NCBI GenBank assembly: GCA_002104905.1
Contig: MCFE01000362.1
Coordinates: forward strand, 1-64,000
DNA from: Basidiobolus meristosporus CBS 931.73
Taxonomy: Eukaryota; Fungi; Basidiobolomycota
Direction: 5' to 3'
Length of the DNA: 64,000 bases
Shown here: positions 61,225 to 64,000 of the stretch, piece after piece
Numbering within the stretch: position 1 is the first letter of the stretch
Layout: each line of letters starts with the position of its first letter
Program-made: the position numbers and the translations under genes
Notes under the pieces: model-generated
Databases searched by the model: none
Seen by the model: the letters and a program-made list of their open reading frames with translations, nothing else
Told to the model about the DNA's origin: nothing

Positions 61225-63300
61225 ATTTCTTTGCCTACCAACTACTACCATAGGTATAATACTTGCAGTTTGAGTCAAAAAACCTATGGCCTCCTGCTTA
61301 CTAACCTTCACAAGCATGCACACCCGCTGCAACTGACACACTTCCATATCCTTGACTTTACAGCTTTTCAATACAATACTTACAAAGTTTTTATATATCT
61401 TTTATTGCTGGAAACATATATATCTTGCAAACAAATGCATGGTTGCTACCACTTTTGCCATAAATACCTCTTGAATATCTGCAAAATACTTTTTTGTACC
61501 TGGCAAGTATATTTCTTTACCATGCTGGCTTCTAGTTCCCCTTATAAATATAAACTAGTTCTTCTTGTACAAGCTCCATATTGGATGGTGTAGAAGTTGG
61601 CTTGTACCTAACAAGAATTAGTTGCGTGTTGCATCCAACCCAAATTTGCATTACTCAACTGATTACCTATATGTTGTGATTTCATAGCTTTGTAATGCCA
61701 AAGGCACAGGTGTCTCTATGTGCATATCAGTGCTCAGTACTTTCCAACTCTTCTTGGCTGGCCTCCATGCGCCAACTCATCACATCAATGATGAAGTTGA
61801 AGGTCATACTCTGAATGAGATTGGGATATGATAGTACCTGCAAATTAACTCATCTTCCTATCTACCAACTCATCCACTCCATAGAAAACTCCCAAAGGTA
61901 AAGCAAGGTTCAGTATTCTCCACACACCAAGCAAGATGAACTACAGAATGAATGCAGTGGTGGCAGAGATTTACATGATCAGCCTTAAGCTTGTAGATTA
62001 GCAACTCAGATCCTATCAAAACTGCTAGCATAAAAGCTGTAGATGCATCAAGTAGGCATTGGCAATTTGCTTCTGGTTAAATACTCACTCAATGTCATTA
62101 TATGGCTCCCAATGCTTCTAAAGTACTCTGGGTAGGGATTACTTCAGAAGGCCACCTGTATAAATAGTGATCCAGTGCATCCAGTCCATTCATTTGTATA
62201 GTCATATATGAGTATAAATACCAATGGGAACCTGTGAGAAATACTTTGGGTTTTATATTCTGTAATATCATGCCCACTTTTTCAAGCTTCTCTAGTACCT
62301 CAGTGTGCTCATGCAGCTTGAAATGCCTCATGTGCAACTTAGTCATTAGTGTTGGGATATTGTTGAAGAGCAAATGCATGGCTTCTAGTGGAAAGCTTTT
62401 GCTCCAAAAGATTCCCTCTATCTGAAGTATCTCTGGTTTTTGATTATTTCCATATTCTGCATCTCCAGTTTCCAATTAATTCCATATTCTGGCCAATGGT
62501 TTATAACTCGCCAGCTTTGCTGCAATTGAATAGTGACTTCTGTATGTACTTACTGTGGGAATATGATGTTCTTAATGCTGGTGTTTGGATAATAATAATG
62601 TGTGAGTTATGGAGTAAATCCCCTAAATCTCACACATTTGACAGCAATAACATCCATTGTGCCACAAAAAGCTGGCTATCTTGCTGATGGCTGTGGTATC
62701 CCGAATGCAGAAAATAACATATACTTGAACATGATAATCACTTACCAGTATCCTGCTGGATTGCAAACAAAGTTTATCTAGCAATTGATACTGGTATCAA
62801 TCTGGGTTGGATAGTAAATTAGGCCAAGATATCAGTGTAAGTACCATCTTATTTTGGCTCTGGGTACTGTAAGATTGGTGGCAGATTTAAGTTGATAAAA
62901 ATCAGTGGCCAGCAAGACTAGCTAGCAGAGTACTTCTTCAGTGAGAATCTATCAAGTGGCAAGGCAAAGACATGGTGATAGCTACCTTTATGGTAGCCCT
63001 TACTTCTTAGTGGTTTATAATGTTTGCCATCAAATATATTGCAAATGCCTGTGCTTGATTGGTACTGAGTGCAGTACTTTATGGCTTCACAATATTTGTC
63101 ACTCTGCATGAGCTTCTTTAAGCAGGGTATTACTGGAATACATCTGAGGTGTGAATGATGTTTTCCTCCTGTGGTAGTGGATTCCTAACAAGTTGGACAC
63201 TTAGTTAAATTTCTGATGTGAGTGCCATGCTATTGCTAATACATGCTGGTATCTGGACAGTTGCAGGGTTATATATAGCCAGCTGCAGGATGGTTTCCAT
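61225..63300 (-). mobile_element. Decayed CACTA/EnSpm-like transposon, tail-to-tail with the preceding copy
   Basis: WSKSFPLEAMHLLFNNIP, QSDKYCEAIKYCTQYQ..FALPLDRF; colinear with copy 1. Confidence 0.8.
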
Positions 63301-63349
63301 TTGTACCAAGTACATTGTATGTTGCATCCTACAATAATTTAGGCAAGAA

Positions 63350-64000
63350 GTAACATTCAATCCTCAAAGCCCCCATTATGGATATTAGTGGAAATATGCC
63401 AATTCTCTAACCACAATATTGTACTATCCACCAGTAGATGGAGCACTGAGCTCACTTGGCTCTATTAAGTATCCCTGGCATTTTCCACAGGTGTTATCTC
63501 AATCCACACTAGAATTATGATGGACTCATGCATGGTACTGTTGTGAGGGGAGAGAGTCACTCAATCCATCAGTGGGCTGACTTCTTTAGAGCTGTCACTC
63601 TGCAGGCAATATCCAGAAAGCTGGGTTATCCTAAAGGCATAACAAACTCACCTGAGTCAGTTTGTGCAAGGTGACAAGCAGAGCTAGGTGCTGTAATGAA
63701 CAAATTAAGTGACTAGCTTGATCCTGTTGGAACTGTAGTGAATGATGAATGTTCAGATATGACTTGTGTGGCTAACCACAGTCTACAATCCTTATAATAC
63801 TTCCTGTGCCATCTGCATGCTCAAACATTGAGTGGCTTCTTACAATAACCACATGGTTTTTTTCCCTTCTCTTATAGTGATGAATCAAGGTAGTGCTGTC
63901 CATGGGCATACAGCTTGACACTGATCAAGTAGTGCTATTATATCACTTTTTGATCATCACCTATGTGATTTCAAGACAGTCTTGCATTTCAAAAATTGCA
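63350..64000 (-). mobile_element. Highly decayed retroelement integrase-like relic
   Basis: Broken translation FRITQLSGYCLQSDSSKE...STMHES resembles an integrase core (F..P..I.SDNG.EF..T.YHP); many stops. Confidence 0.35.

Overview
Eukaryotic, fungal genomic DNA, most likely from an early-diverging non-Dikarya fungus. That lineage call is inferred from gene content, short introns and a U12-type AT-AC intron. The window has three compartments. (1) About 1-3.2 kb: two decayed head-to-tail LINE retrotransposons with almost no CpG. (2) About 3.5-36.6 kb: a CpG-rich gene island. Its left margin has intronless accessory ORFs (an orphan, a secreted DUF3472-like protein, a PY-motif protein), short tandem duplications and LTR relics. 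These are followed by intron-rich conserved genes: PNO1, CK2 beta, an Ssk1-type response regulator, a VSB1-like SulP/STAS/cNMP transporter, a CE4 chitin deacetylase, TAN1, ATP17, a class IV aminotransferase-like gene, SEC66, a histone-fold-like protein, a TBC Rab-GAP and MYG1. (3) About 36.7-64 kb: a CpG-eroded transposon graveyard with nested and tandemly duplicated Ty1/copia elements, CACTA/EnSpm-like and PIF/Harbinger(ISL2EU)-like DNA transposons, gypsy integrase relics and a solo LTR. The strongest finding is a minor-spliceosome AT-AC intron in CK2 beta (11959-12054, minus). Others are the position-dependent CpG erosion of repeats, a DNA-level tandem duplication of a nested copia element, a conserved LINE 3' hairpin, a membrane-anchored His-less Ssk1 and a hidden STRAP-like pseudogene. 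No tRNA, rRNA, snRNA or CRISPR array could be supported. All alignments and family calls were made by eye, without database searches.
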